Origin: Sedimentisphaerales bacterium
GTDB taxonomy: Bacteria; Planctomycetota; Phycisphaerae; Sedimentisphaerales; SM23-30
Direction of reading: 5' to 3'
Length of the DNA: 64,000 nucleotides
NCBI GenBank assembly: GCA_963663805.2
Contig: CAXXMR010000012.1
Span: 192,001-256,000 of the forward strand
Under the pieces are notes generated by a model. The model did not search any database. It was not told the origin of the DNA and saw only the letters and a program-made list of their open reading frames with translations. The translations under genes were made by a program, and so were the position numbers. Positions 40,534 through 51,400 of this stretch are shown here, piece by piece (the first letter of the stretch is position 1; each line of letters opens with the position of its first letter).

Positions 40534-40820
40534 CAGCGACGTTCCCGTTGGTCACTTGCTCGGTTGGCAAGCACCTGCGGTGGGCAAATCGCAACAACAC
40601 CAATACCAGTCAACATCGCTCCGCCACCAACACCAGCAATAGTCCCACCAGCTGTCCCAAGAGATTCAGACACTTTCTCTTTACTTGATTTGGACATCTT
40701 ACCATATTTGGCAATACCGATTATTCTGTATTTTTTATATTATATAACTTGTAAACTACTGTTTTTAAAAAAGTTACATATAGAAATGCCCTATTTTTCA
40801 AAAAAACCTTCAAAGTCAGG

Positions 40821-40862
40821 TTGACTTGCCGGGGTTTTGTTGTATAATGAACATAGGTTCAT
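40821..40862 (+). promoter_or_regulatory. sigma70 promoter with overlapping palindromic operator
   Basis: TTGACT-N16-TATAAT; ATGAAC-ATAG-GTTCAT at 40847-40862. Confidence 0.65.
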
Positions 40863-40884
40863 AACTAAAGGAAAACCGCAGTTT

Positions 40885-41274
40885 ATGCCGAGACCTAGAA
40901 AAGACAGATGTGTTACTAATCCACCTTCGGTGGTGGTGTATAAACCGGCGGGTGTTCCGGTTCGAGAGCTGGAATGGGTGACGCTGACGCTGGATGAGTT
41001 TGAGGCGGTTCGGCAGATTGATTATGAAAGCAGGGACCAGGAAAGTGTGGCGGAGTCGATGGGGGTTTCGCGACCGACGGTTACGCGGATTTATCAGTCG
41101 GCACGTAAGAAGATCGGCCAGGTGCTGGTGTTAGGCCAGGCATTGAAGATCGAAGGCGGGCCGGTTGTGAATATGGGGGACAGATTTGAAAGTAAAGAAC
41201 CTTTACCGCAACGAGGTATGGGACGAGGGCGTGGGCGTTGCCGAGGCGGTCGAGGCGGATTTGGTCAGATGTAA
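40885..41274 (+). CDS. DUF134 family predicted DNA-binding protein
   Basis: MPRPRK, YKPAG, LTLDEFEAVR, AESMGVSRPT, ARKKI, IEGG. Confidence 0.9.
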   Translation: MPRPRKDRCVTNPPSVVVYKPAGVPVRELEWVTLTLDEFEAVRQIDYESRDQESVAESMGVSRPTVTRIYQSARKKIGQVLVLGQALKIEGGPVVNMGDRFESKEPLPQRGMGRGRGRCRGGRGGFGQM

Positions 41275-41293
41275 TCTTATAAGGAGAACAGAC

Positions 41294-41545
41294 ATGCCAG
41301 GATTAAATGGAACAGGGCCGATGGGTCAAGGGCCGCGGACAGGCCGGGGAATGGGTAATTGTCAGCCGGCAAACAATGTTGATGCTGATGTTAATGTAAA
41401 TGAAACCGTTCAGGCAAATACTGCTGCACCGCCGACATTTTGGGGTTTGGGTCGGGGCATGGGCCGAGGCCGGGGCATGGGTTGCGGTATGGGGCGAGGC
41501 CGGGGCATGGGACGCGGCATGGGTCGCGGGAGAGGCTGGTGGTGA
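41294..41545 (+). CDS. DUF5320-like Gly/Arg-rich small protein
   Basis: MPGLNGTGPMGQGPRTGRGMGNC and GRGMG repeats; AAGGAG RBS. Confidence 0.8.
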   Translation: MPGLNGTGPMGQGPRTGRGMGNCQPANNVDADVNVNETVQANTAAPPTFWGLGRGMGRGRGMGCGMGRGRGMGRGMGRGRGWW

Positions 41546-41547
41546 GT

Positions 41548-41913
41548 ATGAAAGCAGCGATACCTGTTGATGGCAATTGCGGTCTGGAGTCCGTCGTATG
41601 TCCCCGTTTTGGTCGGGCGGCGGGGTTTCTGATTGTCGATACGGAAAATAATGATTGCGAGTTTGTGAATAATGAACAGAATCTCAATGCCGCTCAGGGT
41701 GCGGGCATTCAATCGGCCCAAACCATTGTGAAGGCTGGCGCTAATCTGTTGCTGACTGCTCATTGCGGTCCGAAAGCATTTAAGATTCTCAGTACGGCGA
41801 ACATCGGTATATATCTGGGGCAGGCCAAGACGGCGGGTGAGTTTCTGGAGAGCTGGAAGGCCAACAAACTTACGACTGCCGAAAACTGTGATGTGGAAGG
41901 ACACTGGGTATAG
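41548..41913 (+). CDS. NifB/NifX-family Fe-Mo cluster-binding protein
   Basis: PRFGRA, AAQGAGIQSAQ, HCGPKAF, VEGHW. Confidence 0.88.
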   Translation: MKAAIPVDGNCGLESVVCPRFGRAAGFLIVDTENNDCEFVNNEQNLNAAQGAGIQSAQTIVKAGANLLLTAHCGPKAFKILSTANIGIYLGQAKTAGEFLESWKANKLTTAENCDVEGHWV

Positions 41914-41915
41914 CT

Positions 41916-42762
41916 TTGGAAAAACTCAAGACGATAGCAATAGCGTCCGGCAAGGGCGGTGTAGGTTAAAACGACGGTGGCGGTTTCGCTGGCGACGGCG
42001 TTGGCGAAATCGCAGCCGGTGACCTTGCTGGACTGCGACGTGGAAGAGCCCAATTCTCATCTGCTGCTGGGCGTGACGTTTACGAGCGAGACCTTGGGGC
42101 TGGTGCCTTCGATTGAGATAGACCAGGAGAAATGCACCGGCTGCGGAAAATGCGCGGAGGCTTGTCGATTCAACGCAATTGGAGCATTGGCGAGCGGTGC
42201 GATGTTTTTTGAGGAGTTGTGTCACGGCTGTATGGGTTGCGTGCTTGCATGTCCCTCCAAGGCGATAGTCGAGGCACAACGACGTACAGGCATTATTCGC
42301 AGCGGGCAGACTGGTCAACTTACGCTTCATGACGGTTTACTGGATGTCGGTGCGGCGATGGCAACGGGACTGATTCATCTGCTGCGAAAAAAAGCTGTCT
42401 CGGACAAGATAACGATAATTGACGCTCCGCCGGGAGTTTCCTGCGCGATGATTAACACGGTGCAGGGGTGCGATCATGTGATACTGGTGACAGAACCAAC
42501 ACCTTTCGGGTTGAATGATATGTCACTGGCGGCGGCGGCCTTGCGGGAGTTGGATGTCCCGTTCAGTGTGATTGTGAATCGGGCTGATGATGACCGGCGT
42601 ATTGATGAATATTGCGAGCGGGAAGGCATTGCAATATTGACTCATATCCCGCATAGTCGCGTGGTGGCGGAATTATATTCGCGTGGAGAAATGCCCTACG
42701 ATGCGGATGAAGAATTTACGCAGTGCATCAATGAGTTGGTTCAGGGGTTAAATGAGAACTAA
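41916..42762 (+). CDS. MinD-superfamily P-loop ATPase with inserted 4Fe-4S ferredoxin; +1 frameshift at ~41967
   Basis: IAIASGKGGVG then GGT-T-AAA-ACG-ACG, where removing one T gives GKTT; DCDVEEPN, two CxxCxxCxxxC, DAPPG, VTEPTPFG. Confidence 0.85.
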
Positions 42763-42763
42763 A

Positions 42764-43648
42764 ATGAAAGAAGTTTTGACTATCAGCGGCAAAGGTGGGA
42801 CAGGCAAGACCAGTTTAACCGGATGTTTTGCCCAATTAGCCAGCGGGCATGTGGTGGCGGACTGCGATGTGGACGCGGCGAATCTTTATCTGCTGCTGAA
42901 CCCTGAGAGTACGCAATCGAAAGATTTTTACTGCGGGTACATCTCCCGTCTGGACCGTGAGAAATGTGTTGGCTGCGGCAAATGCAAGGAATTATGCCGG
43001 TTTGGGGCTATTGACGACGCTATCGACCTTCGGGGCGACACGATTTCGCTGAATTTAACGGCTTGCGAAGGGTGCGGGGTTTGTGCGGACCACTGCCCAA
43101 CCGGCGCTCTTAGTCTGGTGGACCGCCTTACGGGTGATATATGTGTTTCGCAGACGCGATACGCACCTTTTGTACACGGCAAACTTGGAGCGGGCGGTGA
43201 AAATTCGGGTAAACTGGTAAGCGAAGTTCGTAAGCTGGCCCGCGAAACGGCTGAGAAAGAAAAGCGTGAACTGATTATTATTGACGGGCCTCCGGGGATT
43301 GGCTGTCCGGTTATCGCTTCGGTGGGCGGGGTTGATTACGCAGTTTTGGTGACGGAGCCGACTCTGGCAGGGATGCATGATTTGCGTCGAATTGCCCGGC
43401 TGGTTCAGCATTTCAATATTCGGGCGGGCGTGGTTATCAACAAGTCTGATTTGAACGAAAAAAACGCCTGGGCGATTGAAGATTTCGCCAAGGCTGAGCA
43501 GATTGATTTATTGGGCAGTTTGCCGTATTCGCCGGTGTTCAACCAGGCCCAGCGGACGGGGAAAACGGTTATTGAATATGGCGGGGATAATGGTATTATT
43601 GATACGGTAGCTAAAATTTGGAAAAAAGTAGCAAGTAACCTTTCGTAA
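42764..43648 (+). CDS. Second MinD-superfamily ATPase with 4Fe-4S ferredoxin insert
   Basis: SGKGGTGKT, DCDVDAAN, CVGCGKC, CEGCGVC, ENSGKLV, DGPPGIGCP. Confidence 0.9.
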   Translation: MKEVLTISGKGGTGKTSLTGCFAQLASGHVVADCDVDAANLYLLLNPESTQSKDFYCGYISRLDREKCVGCGKCKELCRFGAIDDAIDLRGDTISLNLTACEGCGVCADHCPTGALSLVDRLTGDICVSQTRYAPFVHGKLGAGGENSGKLVSEVRKLARETAEKEKRELIIIDGPPGIGCPVIASVGGVDYAVLVTEPTLAGMHDLRRIARLVQHFNIRAGVVINKSDLNEKNAWAIEDFAKAEQIDLLGSLPYSPVFNQAQRTGKTVIEYGGDNGIIDTVAKIWKKVASNLS

Positions 43649-43662
43649 CTGGAGAATAATTT

Positions 43663-44001
43663 ATGAAAATCGCTATTCCGATAGCCAGCGGTCAGCTTTG
43701 TTTGCACTTTGGACACTGCGAGCAGTTCGCGTTGGTGGATGTTGACGACGAGAGCAAGCAAGTCACGGGGCAGGAGTCATTAACGCCCCCACCGCACGAA
43801 CCGGGCCTTCTACCGCGTTGGCTGGGCGAAAAAGGCGCGACACATATTATCGCGGGCGGCATGGGCCAGCGTGCTCAGCAGCTTTTTCAGCAGCAGGGCA
43901 TTGAAGTTATCGTAGGCGCTCCGGCACTTGCCCCGGCAGAGCTGGCGAGCCAATATCTGGCGGGTACCCTGACCAGCGGAGAAAATGTCTGTGACCACTG
44001 A
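43663..44001 (+). CDS. NifB/NifX-family protein
   Basis: HFGHCEQF, PPPHEPGLLP, AGGMG, NVCDH. Confidence 0.88.
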   Translation: MKIAIPIASGQLCLHFGHCEQFALVDVDDESKQVTGQESLTPPPHEPGLLPRWLGEKGATHIIAGGMGQRAQQLFQQQGIEVIVGAPALAPAELASQYLAGTLTSGENVCDH

Positions 44002-44455
44002 TTTGACAGCAAAAGCCACTAATCAGTGCCGGGCTGAAATTCGTGACCGCACACATCGTGACTGCTTTGCGTGCGGACCAGCCAACAGTACGGGACTCAA
44101 ACTCGACTTCAATGTCCTGGAGGACGGGAGCGTTGAGGGCGAGTTTGGCTGTCCCGATATATTTACAGGTTATCCGGGGCGTTTGCAGGGCGGAATTGCG
44201 GCGTCGCTGCTGGACAGTGCCATGACGAACTGTTTGTTTGCCCGGGGGGTAACGGCGGTTACTGCGGAACTGAATTGTCGGTATCGTCATCCGGTGTATA
44301 CGGGCACTTCGGTGAGGATTTGCGCTCAGGTTGAGCGGGAGTCACAGGGGCTTTATCTATTGACCGGCGGCATTTACCAAAGGGGTCTGCTTTGTGTTAC
44401 TTCTCAGGGCAAATTTTTTGTTCAGCCGCGGCTTAACAATCCCACTCAGGAATAG
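43985..44455 (+). CDS. PaaI-family hot-dog thioesterase
   Basis: CFACG..N..GL, GYPGRLQGG...LLDSAM, TAELNCRY. Confidence 0.8.
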   Translation: MSVTTDLTAKATNQCRAEIRDRTHRDCFACGPANSTGLKLDFNVLEDGSVEGEFGCPDIFTGYPGRLQGGIAASLLDSAMTNCLFARGVTAVTAELNCRYRHPVYTGTSVRICAQVERESQGLYLLTGGIYQRGLLCVTSQGKFFVQPRLNNPTQE

Positions 44456-44461
44456 CAAGCC

Positions 44462-45265
44462 ATGCTCGAACTGCCGGAGCGGACACATTACAGCGTTCTC
44501 ATAGACAATAATCCGGGGGGGGCAGGTTATGCGACGGAACATGGATTATCACTGTGGATTGAACATAAAGGCAGGAAGATTCTTTTTGATACCGGTGCTT
44601 CGGGGCAGTTTCTGGCAAATGCCGCTCGTGCCCAAATAGATGTTCAGCATCCAGACGCGGTGGTTCTGTCGCATGGTCATTATGACCATACCGGCGGGCT
44701 TGAGGGATTGGTCGATTTACCTGTTTATGTCCCTATTTATTTACATCGGGACTCTTTTTCGACAAGGTTCAGTCGCAAAAGCGATGGCAGGATAAATGAT
44801 ATTTCCATGCCGGTGAGCGTACGGGAGTTTCTGGAGGAGCGGGAAAAGCAGATTGTTTTTGTCGAGGAGTCGATTGAGATTTTCCCGGACATGTTTCTGA
44901 CCGGACCTATCGAGCGTAAGACTGATTTTGAGGATACGGGCGGTGATTTTTATCATGACCGAGCTTGTAAAATAGTTGACGATGTGAACGATGATTTGTC
45001 GATCTTTGTCGGTCATTCGGACGGTTCTTTCACGGTTTTTTGCGGGTGCTGCCATAGCGGTATCGTCAATACGATTGAGCAAATACGCGAACAGAGAGGC
45101 GATTCGGCCTGTCGAGCAATTATCGGGGGGATACATCTAAACAGTGCCTCCGAGACGAGACTGAAGCAAACGCGGGAATATCTGGGGTCTATCGGCAGGC
45201 CAGAGCTTGATCTGCGGCATTGTACAGGGGCAGGGGCGACTGAATATTTCATGGAAAAGCACTAA
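44462..45265 (+). CDS. Metallo-beta-lactamase fold hydrolase
   Basis: EHGLS, LFDTG, LSHGHYDHTGG, GCCHSG, GGIH, HCTG. Confidence 0.85.
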   Translation: MLELPERTHYSVLIDNNPGGAGYATEHGLSLWIEHKGRKILFDTGASGQFLANAARAQIDVQHPDAVVLSHGHYDHTGGLEGLVDLPVYVPIYLHRDSFSTRFSRKSDGRINDISMPVSVREFLEEREKQIVFVEESIEIFPDMFLTGPIERKTDFEDTGGDFYHDRACKIVDDVNDDLSIFVGHSDGSFTVFCGCCHSGIVNTIEQIREQRGDSACRAIIGGIHLNSASETRLKQTREYLGSIGRPELDLRHCTGAGATEYFMEKH

Positions 45266-45325
45266 GCAATCACCATCTAAAAACATCAATTTTCCCCCAC
45301 CTAAATCTCCACTGGTCAAATATGT

Positions 45326-45368
45326 TAAGAGCGGCGTGTTTTTATGCCGATTTTGATTATGTGGATAA
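45326..45368 (+). promoter_or_regulatory. Possible sigma28-type promoter of the adhesin, followed by a perfect DnaA-box sequence
   Basis: TAAG-N16-GCCGATTT; TGTGGATAA at 45360-45368. Confidence 0.35.
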
Positions 45369-45410
45369 GTGTAGTTAGGTTTTGGTAATACAAGATTTAG
45401 GTGAGAAGCG

Positions 45411-48400
45411 ATGAGCATTAGGGCCCACCACGAAAACATCAAACGCCGCCGCGACAAGCAGCTTTTGCTGGAAAACCTTGAAAACCGGCTGCTGTTGTCG
45501 TCCGATCCAGTTATCAGCCTCCCAAATGGGCTTGATATCATCCTGATTGACGCGACGGTGGCGGATGTTGAGACCATAACTGCTTCTGTAAACAGTGATG
45601 CCCAGTTTGTAATGTTTGATAATGACGAAAACCCCGTAGAAGTACTGGGCAGGGCGGTCCAGATTTCACAACAAAACGATATTTCGGTTCAATCGCTGAG
45701 TATTATAAGTCATGGTCAGTCGGGCAGTTTCCAGTTAGGAAACCAGGCAATCTCGTCCGATAATCTGCAAGAACTTGAAGGGGTATTGACTGAGTTAGGT
45801 AAAAATTTCGTATCCGAGTCGGCGATATATGTCTATTCGTGTTCAGTCACAAAGGATGGCCAAACGGGTCAGGCACTGATAGATGGTTTAGCTCAAATTT
45901 CAGGCTCAGCGGTTTTTGCCTCGAATGACATAACCGGTTTCAAGGGTGACTGGGATTTGGAAACCTCTTCGGCGGGAGCGGATTGGGGCTTGCTGAGTAA
46001 TCAGGCTTTGGCTACTCACAACTTGAGTTCATGGCTGGGGCAACTGGGAAACTATACCACCAACGAGGATACCGCCAAGACCATCGACAAGGGCGCCAAT
46101 ACCCGGTTTGTCAATATCGTCCAGCCGACTCATGGCACGGTAGTCGATAACGGCGATGGGACTCTTACCTATACGCCCGACGCGAACTGGAACGGGGCGG
46201 ACTCTTTCAGTTATGAGGAATATTATTATCAGTATGTCGCGGCTGCCCAGACCTGGTCGAACGCCAAGACTCTGGCTGAAGCAGCGACCTACAGCGGACT
46301 TAACGGGTATCTGGCAACAATTACCTCCGCAGCTGAGAACACGTTTATTACCAATAATATCATCGGCGGCAATGACGCCTGGATCGGTGCTTCGGACCAG
46401 AATGTCGAACAGGAATGGCGATGGGTAACCGGGCCTGAAGGGGCTGAAGCGGCGGGGCTGGGCAGATACTTCTACAATGAAGGTACGGGCTTAGCGATAG
46501 GCGGGGAATATAACAACTGGAACGGTGGTGAGCCGAACAACTCCGGCGGTGCTGAAGACTGGTGTCATATCAAAGGTAACGGCACGTGGAACGATGACAG
46601 CGCCGTCAAGACACTGGGTTACGTGATTGAATACGACGGTCCTTCGGTAACGGACAATATTACTGTCAATGCCGTCAATGACGCACCGGACCTGGACAAT
46701 CCGATACCTGACGGGGCCGCCTCTATATCTGTCCCCTATAGTTACACGGTGCCAGCCAATACATTCAGTGATGTCGAAGGTGACACGCTTACTTACTCGG
46801 CGACGAAATCGAATGATACGGCATTGCCGGGCTGGCTTAGTTTTAATACTTCGACTCGTGAATTCAGCGGCACACCGACTTTCGGCAGTAACGGCACGCT
46901 ATCTATCAAGGTTACAGCCAACGATGGTAACGGCGGGACGACCTCTGATATTTTCGATGTGGTTATCAATGATTATCTCATCGGGTACTGGACGATGGAC
47001 AGCACGGCGGTTACGGATGAGACGGGCGACCACGACAGTGATGTTCAGACAAATCTGACCAGCGTATCGGGTGTGATTGGCAACTCGGTTGATTTTAACG
47101 GCACGACCAGCCAACTGCGGATACCAAGTTCCGGCGAAATAAATACCACCGTAGTCACGCAGCGGAGCTTTAGCTTATGGTTCCAGGCTGACGCAACCGC
47201 GGGCAAACAAGTTCTCTATCGCGAGGGAGGAACGAGTCATGGATTAGCGATATATCTGGACAATACGACAATTTACGCTTATTTCTGGAGTTCGAGTGAT
47301 ATTACAGCGGATTCGATGAGCGTTACTTTGCCGGGCGGGCAACTTACCGACTGGCATCATGTGGCATTTACCTTTGACGGCACGGGCGGCAGTGAGAAGC
47401 TATATTTAGACGGTGCCCTGGCAGACAGTGCCAACCAAACTGGTAATATTCCCAGCCATACGGGAAATGTGGTGCTGGGATATTCTGACAACAGTTTCGA
47501 TTATCATGACGGTGAAAGCGGCGCGGTCAATGCCTTCAACGGACGTATAGACGATTTCCGCATGTTTAGTGTCCCGCTTAACGCGACTGAAGTTAATGAC
47601 ATTTTTGTACAGAACCCGGCGGATATGGCACTGGACAGCACATCAGCGGACGAAAACTCCAACGGGGTGGTAATCGGCAATCTATCGGTAACAGAATACA
47701 ATGTCAATGACACTCACACCTGGTCGATTGCCAGTGACCCGTCGGGGATATTCGAGATTTCCGGTACTCAACTGAAACTAATCAACGGTAATTCATTTAA
47801 CTATGAAACGACCGACAGTTACAACCTGACTTTACGGGTTACTGATAATACCGGTCTATATTACGATGAGGCGGTTACTGTCACGGTAAATGACATTAAC
47901 GACGCCCCCACCGCTGCCAACAGTTCGGTGACTACCAACGAAGATAGCAACTATACATTCACGGCGGCAAATTTCAGCTTCAGCGACCAAGATGCCGGCG
48001 ACAGCATGACGCTGGTAAAAATCATGACCTTGCCGGGAGCGGGCACGCTGACTCATACAGTAAACGGAGCAGTCAATGCCAATGACGAAATTTCCCTGGC
48101 TGACATCAACGCCGGCAAACTCATCTTCACTCCCGTCGCCAATGCCAACGGCACCCCGTATACAACTTTCACTTACAAAGTCAAAGATTCCAACGCCACC
48201 TACAGCACAGCATCTTATACGATGACTGTCAATGTTGACACGGTAAACGATGTGCCGTCTTTTACCAAAGGCGCTAATCAGAGCGTGAATGAAGACTGCG
48301 GCGTTCAGACGGTAGCGGGCTGGGCAACGGCACTGAGCAAAGGGCCGGCAAACGAATCAGCCCAAACATTATCTTTCAATGTAAGCAATAACAACAATAG

Positions 48401-51400
48401 TCTGTTTTCAACTCAGCCGGCAATCAGCTCGGCGGGCCAACTTACCTATACACCCGCGGCAAACGCTAACGGAAGCACGACCGTTACCGTAAGCATATCT
48501 GACAACGGCGGAACTCTGCGGGGTGGAGTGAACACCTCTGCCACCCAGACATTCACCATTACAGTAAACGCGGTGAACGATGTGCCGTCTTTTACCAAAG
48601 GCGCTAACCAGGCCGTAAATGAAGATGCAACGGCCCAAACGGTGGCAGGCTGGGCGACGGCATTGAGTAAAGGACCGACTGACGAAGCGGGCCAAACACT
48701 CTCGTTTAATGTCAGCAATGACAACAACAGTCTGTTTTCGACTCAGCCGGCAATCAGCTCAGCGGGACAACTGACCTATACACCCGCGGCAAACGCCAAT
48801 GGAGCCGCGACCGTTACGGTAAGCATATCTGACAACGGCGGGACGGCACTGGGCGGAGTAAATACTTCGGCCAATCAAACGTTCACTATTACGGTGAATG
48901 CGGTGAACGATGTGCCGTCTTTTACCAAAGGTGCTAATCAGACAGTCAATGAAGACTGCGGTGTTCAGACGGTGGCGGGCTGGGCCACGGCATTGAGCAA
49001 AGGGCCGACAAATGAAGCAGCTCAGTCTCTTTCGTTTAACGTCAGCAATGACAACAATGCCTTGTTCTCGGCTCAACCGGCAATCAGCTCAGCGGGGCAA
49101 CTCACCTATACGCCTGCGGCAGATGCCAACGGGACAACTACCGTCACCGTAAGCATATCGGATAACGGCGGGACGGCACTGGGCGGCGTGGACACCTCGG
49201 CCAACCAAACGTTCACTATTACGGTTAATGCGGTCAATGATGTACCGTCATTCACCAAAGGTGCCGACCAGACTGTCAATGAAGACTGCGGCGTTTGGAC
49301 GGTAGCGGGCTGGGCCACGGCATTGAGCAAAGGGCCGACAAATGAAGCAGCTCAGTCTCTTTCGTTTAACGTCAGCAATGACAACAATGCCTTGTTCTCG
49401 GCTCAACCGGCAATCAGCTCAGCGGGCCAACTCACCTATACGCCTGCGGCAGATGCCAACGGGACAACTACCGTCACCGTAAGCATATCGGATAACGGCG
49501 GGACGGCACTGGGCGGCGTGGACACCTCGGCCAACCAAACGTTCACTATTACGGTTAATGCGGTCAATGATGTACCGTCATTCACCAAAGGTGCCGACCA
49601 GACGGTGCTGGAAGACGCAGCCGCCCAAACAGTGGCGGGCTGGGCGACGGCACTGGACAAAGGACCAACCGACGAAGCAGGCCAGTCACTTTCTTTCATT
49701 GTAACTAATGACAACAACGCGTTATTTTCTGTGCAGCCAGCTATCAACCCAACCGGCCAACTTACTTATACGCTTGCCCCTGACGCCAACGGCACGACAA
49801 CTGTAAGCGTACAAATAGCCGATGACGGCGGGACGGCACTAGGCGGAGTTGACACTTCGGCAGCCCAGACGTTCGCTATTAATGTTACACCGGTCAACGA
49901 TATACCTTATTACACCCTGGGACCAGACATTACCGTGAACGAAGATTCGGGGAGCCTGACTTTTACCAACTGGGCCAGCATTAACGCCGGCGCGTTCAAC
50001 GAAGGCAGTCAGGTTCTGACCATTGCTCTCCAAAGTGAACGCAGTTACCTTTTCTCGCAGCAGCCAGCGCTTGCCGCAAATGGAACCCTGACATTTACAG
50101 TCGCCCCGGATGTTGTCGGCACAACATACGTTACCGTTAATGTGGGCGATGACGCGGGGACCGAAAACGATGGAGTAAACTTCTCATTAACATACCCCTT
50201 CAATATTACTATTGTACCGACAGACGACGAACCGCTGAGTAGTGACATCACCATATCCGGCACTGAAGATACGACCTACACATTCTCCAATCAAGACTTT
50301 CCGTTCAGTGACGCGGACGGGGACACATTCGACGGCATCATGCTGACTTCCCTGCCCCAATCAGGGACACTGTACTACGAAGGCAGCCCCATCACGACCT
50401 ATCCTACAGACTACCGTGATGTAAGTAAACTGACTTATATCCCGGACACCGACGAGTACGGCCAGGGCTATGCCTCTTTCACATACTATATCAAGGATTC
50501 CAGTGACGATTATTCAACAGGAAGATATACCGCCACTTTCGACATCGCGGCAGAGCAGGACCCACCCACCTCGCAAGACTACACCTTCACAATGCTCGAG
50601 GACAGCATACACAGCTTCGCTGATTATGAATTTTACTACAGCGACCCGGACAATGACGCCTTCGAAAAAATTCGCATTACCCAGCTCCCTGTCGCGGGCA
50701 AGATTTACTACCAGAACCAAGCAATCTCCCTGAACAAAGACATCTCCATCACGAATATCGCCGAGCTGACTTATGTCCCTGAACCGGACGCTAACGGCGA
50801 CAATTACGCTTCTTTCAAATATTATGTCCATGACGGGACAAATTTTAGTACAACATCGAACACCGTAACAATTAATGTCACCCCCACCAACGATAAGCCT
50901 GCCGCTCAGGATTCGACTGTAACCCTTCGGGAAGATACGCCCCACAGTTTCAGCAGTGATGATTTTAGTTTCAGTGACATTGACGGCGACCCGCTGGTGC
51001 TTCTGCAAATCACCCAACTGCCCAGCCAGGGCACTTTGCAATATCAGGGGCAGGACGTAACTGCCAATCAATATATCCCCGGCGTTTATATGGACCGGCT
51101 GGTCTTTACTCCCGATACCGATGCCAACGGTGACAGTTACGCTGATTTCGTGTTCCGGGTGAGTGATGGTATTGTATTTGCTGATGATGAATATACTCTC
51201 AATCTGAACGTTACCGCGGTGAATGACGCACCGGAATTCAGTATCAGCGGGCCGGCAACTTCGATTGAAGACAGCGGGCTGGTTACAATTTCAAACTGGC
51301 TGACCAGTTTCTCGCCGGGACCAGCGGATGAAGCTGACCAGCAAATAAGTTTCACAATCTCCACCGACCTGGCGGAACTGTTCGCCAGTCCACCTCAGGT

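Noticed and set aside
11995..40776. Recurrent YAA-N19-TTA motif (11995, 20279, 24998, 30624, 30790, 40752), resembling paired IHF sites
   Set aside because: Only six positions are fixed, so several hits are expected by chance in AT-rich gaps; only 20279-20303 approaches the IHF consensus.
41453..41535. GGCCGGGGCATG tandem repeats as a non-coding element
   Set aside because: Explained by the GRGMG coding repeats of the DUF5320-like protein.
41548..44001. Nitrogen fixation cluster
   Set aside because: No nifHDK/ENB; NifX-like domains here belong to the generic DUF134-associated operon.
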